Assembly: GCA_050331735.1 (NCBI GenBank)
Contig: JBHJGN010000063.1
Coordinates: 1-64,000 of the forward strand
Reading direction: 5' to 3'
DNA length: 64,000 bases
Source: Cyanophyceae cyanobacterium
GTDB taxonomy: Bacteria > Cyanobacteriota > Cyanobacteriia > Cyanobacteriales > JBHJGN01
A model generated the notes under the pieces. It had not been told where the DNA came from. It saw nothing but the letters and a program-made list of their open reading frames with translations, and searched no databases. This document shows, piece by piece, positions 29,816-40,063 of this stretch. Each line of letters starts with the position of its first letter. Position 1 is the first letter of the stretch. Position numbers and translations under genes: made by a program.

Positions 29816-30868
29816 ATGAACAGAGTTGTTGTCGGCTTATCTGGTGGCGTTGACAGTTCTGTTGCCGCTGCTACTCTTCACCATCAAGGCTATGACGTTG
29901 TTGGCCTGACCCTTTGGCTGATGAAGGGCAAAGGACAGTGCTGTTCAGAAGGCCTGGTCGATGCGGCGAGAATTTGCGAACAGCTAGACATTCCGCATCA
30001 CGTTGTGGATAGCCGCGACGTTTTTCAAGCCAATATTGTCGATTATTTAGTGTCTGGGTACGAAGCGGGCGTGACTCCCTTACCTTGTTCGCAGTGCAAC
30101 CGCACGGTTAAGTTTGGCCCGATGTTGCAGTATGCGCGAGAGGAATTGGGCAGAGACCAAATTGCGACGGGTCACTATGCCCGCATTCACTATGATGCTG
30201 CCAGCGATCGCTATCAGCTCTGGCGAGCCGTAGACCGCAAAAAAGACCAGTCCTACTTTTTGTATGACCTTCCTCAAGAGCTGTTGGCCGGAACAATTTT
30301 TCCTCTTGGAGAGCAAACCAAAGAAGAAACGCGACGCATTGCCGCTGAATTTGGCCTCAAAACGGCGACGAAGCCAGAAAGTCAGGATCTATGCCTGATT
30401 GAGGCCCACGGCTCGATGCAGTCTTTTTTAGATCAGTACATTAGCCAGAAAGCAGGGGAAATTGTCGATCTCGATGGCAACGTTTTGGGACACCATCAGG
30501 GGATTCATCACTACACCATCGGTCAGCGGAAGGGGCTAGGCATTGCCCATTCTGAACCGCTGTATGTCGTGAAGCTCGATCCGGTGATGAACCGGGTGGT
30601 GGTCGGCAACCGCACTAGTGGCGGACGCACCGAGTGCACCGCGAGCCGGACAAACTGGGTTTCTATTCCACAGCCGACCGCCCCCATTCGCGCTGAGGTA
30701 CAGGTCCGCTATCGCGCTCGTCCCGTGCTAGCGAATGTGGTTCCCTTAGCAGGCGATCGCATCAAGCTCGTTTTTGACGAGCCGCAGTTTGGCGTAACTC
30801 CCGGACAAGCTGCCGTCTTCTACAGCGGCGAGCTGTTGCTCGGTGGCGGTATTATCGAGCGGGAATAA
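29816..30868 (+). CDS. mnmA: tRNA 2-thiouridine(34) synthase
   Basis: SGGVDS, ATGHYA, KDQSYFL, TPGQAAV. Confidence 0.96.
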   Translation: MNRVVVGLSGGVDSSVAAATLHHQGYDVVGLTLWLMKGKGQCCSEGLVDAARICEQLDIPHHVVDSRDVFQANIVDYLVSGYEAGVTPLPCSQCNRTVKFGPMLQYAREELGRDQIATGHYARIHYDAASDRYQLWRAVDRKKDQSYFLYDLPQELLAGTIFPLGEQTKEETRRIAAEFGLKTATKPESQDLCLIEAHGSMQSFLDQYISQKAGEIVDLDGNVLGHHQGIHHYTIGQRKGLGIAHSEPLYVVKLDPVMNRVVVGNRTSGGRTECTASRTNWVSIPQPTAPIRAEVQVRYRARPVLANVVPLAGDRIKLVFDEPQFGVTPGQAAVFYSGELLLGGGIIERE

Positions 30869-31029
30869 ATCCCTCCGGGACGGGGAAAACTGTCGCGTTC
30901 GCGACGGGGAAGGGGGAAAGAGCACAGGGCAGAAAAAAGCTTCATCACTCCTCCTTCCCCTTTTCCCTGCGCCTAGGAGCGCTTTCCCTTTCCCCGTTGC
31001 GCAGCAACTTTCCCCTGCGCCACCGGCGC
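30869..31029. repeat. Composite GGGGAAA/TTTCCCC repeat with several micro-hairpins
   Basis: Hairpins at 30869..30881, 30892..30905, 30996..31008 and 31017..31029. Confidence 0.8.
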
Positions 31030-31037
31030 TAGCATTT

Positions 31038-31079
31038 GTAATAATGCTTACTATCTGCCTACGATAAATTCGGTATTGT
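31038..31079 (+). promoter_or_regulatory. NtcA-activated promoter (GTA-N8-TAC, 22 nt, TAN3T)
   Basis: GTA-ATAATGCT-TAC at 31038..31051, then exactly 22 nt, then TATTGT at 31074..31079. Confidence 0.8.
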
Positions 31080-31115
31080 CAATTCAATCATGAAAAAATG
31101 ACATATTAAAAAACG

Positions 31116-32093
31116 ATGCGCATTGAGCAGTTGCAGGCTTTTTTGGCTGTAGCGGAGGTTGCTAGCTTTGGGCAGGCAGCCCGAAAATGTAACGTTACCC
31201 AATCAACAATTAGTCGCCAGATCCAGGCTCTAGAAAGCGACTTGGGGCTACCGCTGTTTCATCGCACCTCCCAGGCTAAGCTAACGGTGGGTGGCGAACA
31301 ACTGCTGCCGAGGGCACGTAAAATCTGCCAGGAATGGGAGAATGCGACGAAAGAAATTGCTGACTTGCGCTCCGGGAAACAGCCGGAACTTTGTGTAGCG
31401 GCGATTCATTCGGTCTGCGCTCACTATTTGCCTGCTGTTTTGCGAAAATTCTGCCGCGCTTACCCGGAAGTTCAATTGCGCGTCACGGCCCTAGGAAGCG
31501 ATCGCGCTCTGAAGGTTCTGCGGGACGGCCTGGTGGATGTGGCCGTGGTGATGAATAATCGCTTTCTCACCGCCAGCGCTGATATGGTTCTCGATGTACT
31601 CTATGAAGAACCCGTGGAAGTGCTGATGGCAGCCGATCACCCGCTAGCAGCTTATGACGAGGTTCCCTGGGCAAATTTGGTGCGCTATCCGCAAGTGGTG
31701 TTTAAAGACGGCTATGGCATGCAGCGCCTCATTCAGGAGTGGTTTACTCGTCAGAATGCGGCGCTACAGGTGGTCATGGAGCTAAATACCCTCGATGCCT
31801 TTCGGGGAGTGGTGCGTCAAGGAGAACTGATTGCCCTCTTGCCGCACTCAGCCCTGCTAGAAGCAGAGAACGATCCGACTCTAGCCGTTCGTTCGCTGGC
31901 TCACGATGACGATGACGGGGGGGCTGTAGGGGGCAGCAATAGCTTAACTCGCCAAGTTGTTTTAGTAACAACCAGCGATCGCCTACTGATTCCGCCCATT
32001 GCCCATTTTTGTGAGTTAGTCAAACAGAAGCTGAAGCGACCAGCTCAACTCTGTGCGCCTCGACTTGCCGTCAGCCCAACGTCAGTTCTGTAG
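31116..32093 (+). CDS. ntcB: LysR-type regulator NtcB
   Basis: MRIEQLQAFLAVAE...KCNVTQSTISRQIQALE; NtcA promoter upstream; cnaT-like gene downstream. Confidence 0.8.
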   Translation: MRIEQLQAFLAVAEVASFGQAARKCNVTQSTISRQIQALESDLGLPLFHRTSQAKLTVGGEQLLPRARKICQEWENATKEIADLRSGKQPELCVAAIHSVCAHYLPAVLRKFCRAYPEVQLRVTALGSDRALKVLRDGLVDVAVVMNNRFLTASADMVLDVLYEEPVEVLMAADHPLAAYDEVPWANLVRYPQVVFKDGYGMQRLIQEWFTRQNAALQVVMELNTLDAFRGVVRQGELIALLPHSALLEAENDPTLAVRSLAHDDDDGGAVGGSNSLTRQVVLVTTSDRLLIPPIAHFCELVKQKLKRPAQLCAPRLAVSPTSVL

Positions 32094-32107
32094 CCGAAAC
32101 ACGATTT

Positions 32108-33166
32108 ATGAGCAATATTTTTAGGGAATACCTGAAAACAGTAGGCAGTGGGACGCATACGGGTAAAGATTTAAGTCGCTCGGAAGCCAAAGCCGCCACC
32201 CAAATGATGCTTTGTCAAGAAGCCACCCCGGCGCAAATTGGAGCCTTTATGGTGGCCCACCGCATCAAGCGGCCTACCCCAGAAGAATTGGCGGGCATGC
32301 TCGATGCCTACGACGAACTCGGACCGCAGCTCAGCTACCAAGGGGAAACCGTTACTGTTTTTGGCAATCCCTACGATGGGCGATCGCGCACTGTTCCCGT
32401 CACTCCGATTACCGTCCTCATTTTGGCAGCAGCCGGAGTGTCAGTAGTAATGCATGGTGGAGACTGTATGCCGACTAAATACGGGATTCCTCTGGTTGAT
32501 ATTTGGCAAGGGCTAGGCGTTAATTTTGCTCAATCCCTCAGCCACACTGAGCGCCTGTTGGCCACCACTAATGTTGGCTTTGTCTACCTACCGCAGCAGT
32601 TTCCCCTCGCTCACGGGCTGGTTCCTTACCGCGACCAAATTGGCAAGCGACCCCCTTTTGCTACTTTAGAATTAGTCTGGTCCCCCTGTGCGGAGGCTCA
32701 CATCGTTTCCGGTTTTGTGCATCCGCCCACAGAAGAGCGGCTCAGAGATACCTTAGCCTTACGAAAGGCCCACAATTTTACAATGGTAAAAGGATTAGAA
32801 GGAAGCTGCGACCTAGCTCGTAACCGCACGGGAATTATTGGCATCCAGCGACCCAGCGCTCCCTACGAACGCCTGCACCTTAATCCTCAAGAGTATGGCT
32901 TTTATGGCTCTGACGTTTCCCTAGAGTCGCCAGCTCAGGTAATTGAGCAACTAACAGCGGTCTTGCAGGGCCAATCCTGCGACCTAATGCCCGCTGCGAT
33001 CCTGAACGGTGGGTTTTACCTGTGGCGCTGTGGCGTGTGTTCCGAGCTTTCGACTGGTTTTGCCCAGGCAGAAGCCATGTTAACAACCGGAAAAGTTTCC
33101 CAAAAATTGCAGGAACTCTCAGCAGCAAGTCAGGCATTATCGACTCTTAAAGAAGTTCAAGTTTAG
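32108..33166 (+). CDS. cnaT: Anthranilate phosphoribosyltransferase-like protein (CnaT-like)
   Basis: ATPAQIGAFMVAHRIK, PYDGRSRT; ntcB-cnaT adjacency is known from Anabaena. Confidence 0.7.
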   Translation: MSNIFREYLKTVGSGTHTGKDLSRSEAKAATQMMLCQEATPAQIGAFMVAHRIKRPTPEELAGMLDAYDELGPQLSYQGETVTVFGNPYDGRSRTVPVTPITVLILAAAGVSVVMHGGDCMPTKYGIPLVDIWQGLGVNFAQSLSHTERLLATTNVGFVYLPQQFPLAHGLVPYRDQIGKRPPFATLELVWSPCAEAHIVSGFVHPPTEERLRDTLALRKAHNFTMVKGLEGSCDLARNRTGIIGIQRPSAPYERLHLNPQEYGFYGSDVSLESPAQVIEQLTAVLQGQSCDLMPAAILNGGFYLWRCGVCSELSTGFAQAEAMLTTGKVSQKLQELSAASQALSTLKEVQV

Positions 33167-33184
33167 TTTCTGCGCTATTGTTGG

Positions 33185-34006
33185 TTAACGCTGCCAGTGC
33201 TTTAAAGGCGGCGTTTTTCCTAAAGCCTCGCTGAGGCTGGAGTGTAAACTGCCATTGGTTGCTAAAATGCGTCCAGAATCCATATCAAAAGGACTGCCAT
33301 CGTAGGCCGTTACTTGGCCTCCGGCTTCTTCTACCAGCACAATTCCCGCCGTCACATCCCACGGACAGATGCCTCGCTCCCAGTAGCCATCGAGTCGTCC
33401 GCAGGCAACGTCTGTGAGATCTAGCGCCGCAGAACCGCTGCGTCGGACTCCTTGAGTGAGGTGAGTCAGATAGCAAAACTCCGCATAGTTATTATCCGTC
33501 GTTTCTCGGCGATCGTAGGCAAAGCCTGTTACCAACAAGCTTTTACTCAAGTCGTCGGTCTGAGAAACCTGAATGGGGCGGCGATTGCAGGTAGCTCCTA
33601 ACCCCCTGGCCGCGCGAAATAATTCTTCCCGAAACGGATTGTAGATGGCTCCGACTTGGGGAACCCCGCCAACGAGTAATCCAACAGAGATGCAGGCAAT
33701 GGGATAGCCATGAGCGTAATTCGTCGTGCCATCCACCGGGTCGATCGCCCAAAGATAGTCATCGTTCGTGCCGATTTGCCCCGACTCTTCGGCTAAGATC
33801 TGGTGCTCGGGGACGTGTCGCCGCAGCACCTCCAGAATTTTTGCTTCTGAGCGCTGGTCTGCCTCAGTCACCAAATCACCTGGACGACCCTTTTCTTCAA
33901 CTTTATCAAGTTGCCCCCAGCAGTCTAGCAGAATAGCTCCCGCCGCCATGACGGCTTCAGTCGCGACATCTAGAAAAATTTGCAGTTGTTCAGGATTTTG
34001 AGCCAT
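33185..34006 (-). CDS. suhB: Inositol monophosphatase family protein
   Basis: WAIDPVDGTTNY, WDVTAG. Confidence 0.88.
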   Translation of the reverse strand: MAQNPEQLQIFLDVATEAVMAAGAILLDCWGQLDKVEEKGRPGDLVTEADQRSEAKILEVLRRHVPEHQILAEESGQIGTNDDYLWAIDPVDGTTNYAHGYPIACISVGLLVGGVPQVGAIYNPFREELFRAARGLGATCNRRPIQVSQTDDLSKSLLVTGFAYDRRETTDNNYAEFCYLTHLTQGVRRSGSAALDLTDVACGRLDGYWERGICPWDVTAGIVLVEEAGGQVTAYDGSPFDMDSGRILATNGSLHSSLSEALGKTPPLKHWQR

Positions 34007-34550
34007 TGTTCTGTGAACGAAATTCCTGCGGAGTAAGACGCAACGGGTTTTCCGGATTCCAAATTCCGTATCCCATGATGCGAGCGGTTTCTTGGGCGCG
34101 AATCAGACGCTGGCTGTTCGGGCTGTCTGAGCGGACATCAGCAAGAGCATATCCCTGCGCGACTAATTCTTCATTAATTAAAGTGTTGTCTCGCCAAACA
34201 TAAGCTAAACGGCGGCCAAAACGGTCTTCTGCCCCCTCCCACTGCAACACCACCGATTGTAATACTAATTGAGTTCCCTGTTGGTCTCCCAGTAATGCCG
34301 CTAACAATTCTTTCGCTGCCACTCCCCAAGGTTGCTGCTGTAAATCGGGTGCAGCAATATCAAGCAGGCGCACTCGTTCAATTGTTGCTGGCGCTTGAGA
34401 GGGAATCAACACTTCTATGGTTTGTCCACTGACTACCCGCTGGACTTCGGCGACTGTTCCCTCGGGCGATTGAGGCTGACAGGCTACTAATCCCAGTAGG
34501 CACGAAAATAATAAAGCAACACCCGCTTCTTTGAGCTTCTCAGTCTTCAT
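33990..34550 (-). CDS. Thermonuclease (SNase)-family lipoprotein
   Basis: LVAC lipobox; VRLLDIAAP, DRFGRRLAYV. Confidence 0.85.
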   Translation of the reverse strand: MKTEKLKEAGVALLFSCLLGLVACQPQSPEGTVAEVQRVVSGQTIEVLIPSQAPATIERVRLLDIAAPDLQQQPWGVAAKELLAALLGDQQGTQLVLQSVVLQWEGAEDRFGRRLAYVWRDNTLINEELVAQGYALADVRSDSPNSQRLIRAQETARIMGYGIWNPENPLRLTPQEFRSQNNGSKS

Positions 34551-34908
34551 CTAATGGCAGACCAAAACGAACCTTTCCTCTCCCAAAGTAACGACCAAAC
34601 TGAAGTTCGTAAACTTCATCTTCGTCCTGGGTTTCTACCACTAAATCGGAGCGGGGATAGCTAACGCATAGGAGCGCATAGCCTTTTTGCTTGAGCTGGG
34701 GCGACAGCCCCATTGCTTCTGGCTGATAGATGTCTCCTTCAAGGACTCTAACCGCACAGGTGGTACAGGCTCCGTTGCGACATAAAAAAGGCAATTCGCG
34801 TCCTTGTTGTTCTACATTTTGCAAAATGTATTGATCTTCTGGTACTTGCAATATGTATTCAGTTCCTTGTTGACGGTGAAGAATTTTGATGGTGTAATAA
34901 CGGGTCAT
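34540..34908 (-). CDS. 2Fe-2S ferredoxin with C-terminal extension (Fed2/FdC2 type)
   Basis: CRNGACTTC...LLC; DEDEVYELQFGRYF tail; likely start ATG 34908. Confidence 0.9.
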   Translation of the reverse strand: MTRYYTIKILHRQQGTEYILQVPEDQYILQNVEQQGRELPFLCRNGACTTCAVRVLEGDIYQPEAMGLSPQLKQKGYALLCVSYPRSDLVVETQDEDEVYELQFGRYFGRGKVRFGLPLDED

Positions 34909-35126
34909 CTTAATTGGATTGTCAGCACATAATCGAGCCGATACTGGCTCTCTTAATGCAGTGTAGCTTGTAGAAAATTCAGAAATCGAAAGTTTGCCAG
35001 GAAACCTAAAGGCAGAAAACTCAAATATGCCCGGTGGGACCATCTAAACTTTGAGCAAGCTCGATCTGCTATCAGGCTCCTCTAATCCCGCAGAATGCTG
35101 TTATGATAGTTAACTGCGACACCTGT

Positions 35127-35213
35127 GGAGAGGTGGCCGAGTGGTCGAAGGCGCAGCACTGGAAATGCTGTAACGGGGTGACTCGTTCGAGGGTTCGAAT
35201 CCCTCCCTCTCCG
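35127..35213 (+). tRNA. trnS: tRNA-Ser(GGA)
   Basis: GGAGAGG/CCTCTCC acceptor stem, CAGCA-CTGGAAA-TGCTG anticodon arm, long variable arm, GTTCGAATC T-loop; CCA not encoded. Confidence 0.97.
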
Positions 35214-35504
35214 TTTTTTAGCTTTGTTTGAAGCTTTGACCTTGCTTCAATCAGCTCGTCGAGAAAGTGCTCTTCGCCTGTCGCCTCCTTGGTGCTATGG
35301 CGCTCTCTGTCAGGAAAAATGACTGAAGAACTGCGGTGAGCCGTCCTGCGGCATGAAAAGTGTCTTCGTTTTGGATTTTAAGTCCCCGCACTCATCGGGG
35401 GAAACCGATCGTGCCGAGCATCTTTCCACAAAATCTGTTATTTTTGCTGCTTTTCAGGGAACGTTATCTATAAGAGAATTCTTAGGTGCTTTACTCATTT
35501 TATT

Positions 35505-36614
35505 ATGGTAACTGTTCGCTCTCCTCAGCTTTGTTCTCGGTGCCAGTCTCTGCCTCAAAAAATTGAGGGAGCGGGCAATCTTTACCTGTGGTTTCCTTTA
35601 CCTCATAGCTTCGCTAAGACAGCTCGTTCTCTCCAGCAGTCGTCGCTGAGCTACCAAATTAAAGATGAGGAGTGTTTGGTCGTCAGTCTTCAGGACAAGC
35701 AGATGGAGCATCTGGTGAGTACGCTAGCCAAAGATCTGACTCACAGCGAACGGCAGCAGATCAAAGCTTTATTTACCGCTCACCCTAGTCCACAACTGCA
35801 AGACTTTCCCAGAACGGCAAGCTTGGCTAGCTTCATTAGCCAAAGCCAGTCTGGTTGGCTGCTAGATATGCTGGCGGCAGAGCGAGTGACAAGCCAGTTT
35901 CAGCCGATTGCCTATACCGCCGATCTGTCTCAAATTTTCGGTCAAGAAGCGTTGCTAAGAGGAATCAGTCAAGATGGTAGCCTAATTTCCCCAAGTTGCT
36001 TTCTACCGCTAGCTGCCGAAGCCAATATTCTGACTCAAATTGATTTGCTAGCCCGCTATAGTGCTATTCGGCAGGCAAAGCAACATCAGATTCAGGAGCG
36101 CATTTTTATTAATTTCATGCCGACTGCTATCTACGATCCGGCTTTTTGCTTGCGCTCAACGATTGAAGCGATTGATGACGCAGGAATTGCCCACGAGCAG
36201 GTCGTTTTTGAAGTAGTTGAATCAGCATACATCGAAGACTTTGACCATCTCAAAAAGATTTTAGATGTTTACCGAGAAGCCGGATTTTCGGTTGCCCTAG
36301 ATGACTTTGGCGCTGGCTTTTCTAACCTTAACTTGCTTCATCAGTTGCGTCCTGAGCTAATTAAACTAGACATGAATTTGATTCGTAATGTTCATCGCGA
36401 TCCCTACAAAGCCCTCGTAACAGAAAAAATCTTAGAAATTGCTACTCATCTCAATATCTCAACTGTTGCCGAAGGCATTGAATCTCCAGAGGAACTCACC
36501 TGGGTAAGAGCACGCGGCGCTACTTTTGTTCAGGGCTTTTTGATTGCTAAACCCAGTACTCTCCCTGTGAAAAAGCTACCTCCAACCGCTGCTGAAAGTT
36601 TGAAAGCTAGCTGA
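35505..36614 (+). CDS. EAL-domain protein (c-di-GMP phosphodiesterase-like)
   Basis: FQPI, EALLR, FEVVE, DDFGAGFS, AEGIE, QGF. Confidence 0.92.
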   Translation: MVTVRSPQLCSRCQSLPQKIEGAGNLYLWFPLPHSFAKTARSLQQSSLSYQIKDEECLVVSLQDKQMEHLVSTLAKDLTHSERQQIKALFTAHPSPQLQDFPRTASLASFISQSQSGWLLDMLAAERVTSQFQPIAYTADLSQIFGQEALLRGISQDGSLISPSCFLPLAAEANILTQIDLLARYSAIRQAKQHQIQERIFINFMPTAIYDPAFCLRSTIEAIDDAGIAHEQVVFEVVESAYIEDFDHLKKILDVYREAGFSVALDDFGAGFSNLNLLHQLRPELIKLDMNLIRNVHRDPYKALVTEKILEIATHLNISTVAEGIESPEELTWVRARGATFVQGFLIAKPSTLPVKKLPPTAAESLKAS

Positions 36615-36620
36615 CCCTCA

Positions 36621-36959
36621 TTAGAAGTAGCGCACCAAATCAACAAAACCACAGACGCTTAAAACCAGCAGCAGAATGGCAGTGACTTTGGTGAGGGGGG
36701 CTTGTGAAGAAGGAAACCGGGTTTCTCGCAGCAAAACCGAAGCCGATGAGCCAATCACATAGCTCAAGCTCAAAACTAAGTAGGGCCACTGCTCCGTTTT
36801 TCCCCACACACCGAGTAACACGATCGCCAGAGACAACATCACTACCTCAAGGCAGCGAGGAGGATTGGCTTGGCTTGCAGAAACAACGTTCCAAATAATC
36901 TGCTGGGGACTCATAGAGCAATCAACGATAGTGAGCGACGTTCTCTCATTATCGGTCAT
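36621..36959 (-). CDS. Small 3-TM hypothetical membrane protein
   Basis: Three hydrophobic helices. Confidence 0.65.
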   Translation of the reverse strand: MTDNERTSLTIVDCSMSPQQIIWNVVSASQANPPRCLEVVMLSLAIVLLGVWGKTEQWPYLVLSLSYVIGSSASVLLRETRFPSSQAPLTKVTAILLLVLSVCGFVDLVRYF

Positions 36960-37038
36960 CAGCGGCAGGGAATGGGAGGAAGCCTTGGTTGTGCGCGATC
37001 TTAATTACAATAGATGTACACAAGTAGAGCTATGCCAA

Positions 37039-38152
37039 ATGATGGAAACCTCAGAGCTAAAAAGGGAAATCGAATCGGTTGAGTCGCGCCTGGGTAAAAC
37101 TCAGGACTATCTTTGACCCGCCTGCTCTCAGTGCCAGAATTAAGGATTTAGAGCAGCGAGCGGCTCAACCGAATTTTTGGGAGAACGCCAACGCTGCCCA
37201 AAAAACGCTTCAGGAACTCAATGAGCTGAAATCTAATCTGGAGCAGTATCATCAGTGGCAAACAACCCTAGCAGACACCGAAGCGATCGCCGAATTACTG
37301 GAGTTAGAAACCGATACGCTGCTGCTCGAGGAAGCGCAGACAAACCTGACTAGCCTGCATCAAGAGCTAGATCGCTGGGAGCTTCAGCAGCTTCTTTCTG
37401 GTCCCTACGATGCCAAAGGAGCTGTTTTGACTATCAACGCTGGAGCTGGCGGCACGGATGCTCAAGACTGGGCGGAGATGCTGGTGCGGATGTACACTCG
37501 CTGGGCAGAAAAGCAGGGATACAAAGCCCATGTCGCCGAACTCTCCGAAGGAGATGAAGCGGGACTCAAATCGGCCACGTTAGAAATTGACGGACGCTAT
37601 GCCTTTGGCTATCTCAAGGCCGAAAAAGGCACTCACCGCCTCGTGCGCATCTCTCCGTTTAACGCCAACGGGAAGCGGCAGACGAGCTTTGCTGGCGTTG
37701 AGGTGATGCCCGCCTTGGGCGATGATGCAATTAACTTAGAGATTCCCGACACGGATTTAGAAATTACCACCTCCCGCGCTGGCGGTAAGGGAGGGCAAAA
37801 CGTCAACAAAGTTGAGACGGCTGTGCGGATTGTTCATCTTCCTACAGGGCTGGCAGTTCGCTGTACTCAAGAGCGCTCTCAGCTTCAGAACAAAGAAAAA
37901 GCTCTGGCCATTTTAAAGGCTAAATTACTCGTCATTGCTGAAGAACAGCGGGCGCAGGAAATTGCCGAAATTCGCGGCGACATCGTTGAAGCAGCCTGGG
38001 GCAACCAGATTCGCAATTACGTCTTTCATCCCTACCAAATGGTCAAGGATCTGCGCACGAATGTTGAAACCAGTGCCGTTGACGATGTGCTCGATGGCGC
38101 TCTTGACTTTTTTATCGAAGCCTATCTGCGGCAGGAAACTCAGTTGGTTTAA
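37039..38152 (+). CDS. prfB: Peptide chain release factor 2 with programmed +1 frameshift
   Basis: [12 protein letters not shown]...KTQDYL, then CTT-TGA-C at 37111..37117; the +1 frame carries SPF and GGQ. Confidence 0.97.
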
Positions 38153-38344
38153 GGCTTGTGGAGACGACAGTGAGAAGAAAGCTGCTGTGTTGATTGTTGA
38201 TAGTGAATTGCCATAAGCCATCCAGGATGAGTGCTCATCGGGCGCGATTCGGGTCACTGCTACTCTTGCCTCTAGGGAAAGTGAATCTCGCCCGTCGTTT
38301 TTGGTACAGTGAGCAATAACCGTAAGCCGTCCGTCTCTATCATC

Positions 38345-39883
38345 ATGACTAATCTGGAGCACGTTGTTGTTAGCGCTGAACAAATGCGCTCGCTCGAGGA
38401 ACGAGTGTTTGAGGCAGGCATGCCCGTGGCGGCATTGATGGAAAAAGCCGCCGCGCTCTGTGCTAGACGCATTCAGGAGCTGTACCCATCTCGGCTACGG
38501 GTAGGTGTGCTGGTGGGTCCGGGGAATAATGGGGGCGACGCCCTGGTGGTGGCCCGCGAACTGCATCTCCAGGGGTATCCGGTGACGCTGTTTCGTCCCC
38601 TTGCTAAGCTCAAAGAGCTGCCAGCTCATCACTTTCAGTATGCTCAGAGCCTAGGCATTCCTGGAAACGACAAGATTGACGGACTGCAAAACTGCGCACT
38701 CATTGTCGATGGCTTGTTTGGGGTTGGTCTGACGCGATCGCTATCTGGCAACATCGCCGAGGCAGTCAACCAGCTTAACGACTGGGCGCTTCCTGTTATC
38801 AGTATCGATCTCCCGTCCGGGATTCATACCGACACGGGAGAAGCGTTAGGAACGGCTGTGAGGGCGACGCGGACGCTGTGTTTAGGACTGTGGAAGCTCG
38901 CTTTTTTCCAGGATCGGGCGCTGGAGTATATCGGCACTGCCGAACGCTTAGACTGGGGCGTGCCCCCAATGGATGTTTGGTCGATTATTTCCGATCCGCC
39001 TCCCGTCCAAACCATGAATCGGGCAGTGGTGCAGCAGATTCTCCCGCTGCCTCGTCCTCGGGTGACTCACAAGTACCAACAGGGCCACCTGCTGCTGATC
39101 TGTGGCTCCCGTCGCTACTCTGGAGGAGCTACATTGACCGCCCTAGGGGCCAGGGCTAGTGGCGTGGGTATGCTGTCTGTGGCTGTTCCCGAAACCCTAA
39201 AGCCCATCCTGGTCAGTCAGCTTCCAGAGGCTCTGACGATCGGCTGTCCGGAAACTGAGTCGGGAGCAATCGCCGCCCTGCCAGAAGAAGCCTCGGACTT
39301 GAGCGACTTTACCGTAATCGCCTGTGGTCCGGGTCTGACTCTGGACGCCAAACCAATTATCGACCAGGTATTGACCGCCGCCTGTCCCCTGATTTTAGAC
39401 GCGGACGGGTTGAATATCTTGGCCCAGCTCGAGCCGGTGCCTACCCTCTCTCGCCGACAAGGAGCAACGGTGCTGACGCCCCATCCCGGAGAGTTTAAAC
39501 GCCTGTTTCCCGACATTCCTCATCCCAATGGCGATCGCATCCAGGCGGTACAGACCGCCGCCCAGCAGAGTGGTGCGGTGGTACTCCTCAAGGGCTCGCG
39601 GACGGTGATTGCCCATCCAGGCGGCTCGGTCTGGCTCGTTCCGGCAAGTACCCCGGCCCTGGCGCGGGGGGGCAGTGGAGATGTTCTCACTGGCTTGATC
39701 GGAGGACTCCTGGCCTCCTCAACCCGCACGGAGCCGCCGCTCGAAGCTACCGTTGCCGCTGCTGCTTGGTGGCATGCTCAGGCTGGAATTCTGGCAGCGC
39801 AAGAACGAACCGAACTCGGAGTTGATGCCTTTACGCTATCGCAGTCTCTCATGCCGACTTTGAAAGCAGCAATTGACAACTGA
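38345..39883 (+). CDS. nnr: Bifunctional NAD(P)H-hydrate epimerase/dehydratase
   Basis: GPGNNGGD, DLPSG, LDADGL, TPHPGEF, GGSGDVLTG. Confidence 0.92.
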   Translation: MTNLEHVVVSAEQMRSLEERVFEAGMPVAALMEKAAALCARRIQELYPSRLRVGVLVGPGNNGGDALVVARELHLQGYPVTLFRPLAKLKELPAHHFQYAQSLGIPGNDKIDGLQNCALIVDGLFGVGLTRSLSGNIAEAVNQLNDWALPVISIDLPSGIHTDTGEALGTAVRATRTLCLGLWKLAFFQDRALEYIGTAERLDWGVPPMDVWSIISDPPPVQTMNRAVVQQILPLPRPRVTHKYQQGHLLLICGSRRYSGGATLTALGARASGVGMLSVAVPETLKPILVSQLPEALTIGCPETESGAIAALPEEASDLSDFTVIACGPGLTLDAKPIIDQVLTAACPLILDADGLNILAQLEPVPTLSRRQGATVLTPHPGEFKRLFPDIPHPNGDRIQAVQTAAQQSGAVVLLKGSRTVIAHPGGSVWLVPASTPALARGGSGDVLTGLIGGLLASSTRTEPPLEATVAAAAWWHAQAGILAAQERTELGVDAFTLSQSLMPTLKAAIDN

Positions 39884-40063
39884 ATAGCTGTTAGCGCTTC
39901 GCTTTCGGCGAGCCTCCTATTTTTGACTATTTTGGTAGCGAAAACCCTCCAAAATTGAGGATGGCTGCTTTTAAAACACAAGAGCGAATGAGTTAGAATC
40001 AAGGTTCATAGAGCCTATTCTTCAAGAGCTTCATGGCTCACCATTCGCAGAGCAACTGACACA

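Noticed and set aside
16352..30900. Short ORFs rich in G/K/E/R or P/F (16352..16600, 18419..18631, 30843..31067)
   Set aside because: They are translations of the heptamer repeat tracts.
11585..31029. CRISPR array
   Set aside because: The repeats are dispersed and low-complexity, without regular spacers, and no cas genes are present.
35127..36959. Genomic island integrated at tRNA-Ser
   Set aside because: No integrase and no duplicated tRNA 3' end were seen.
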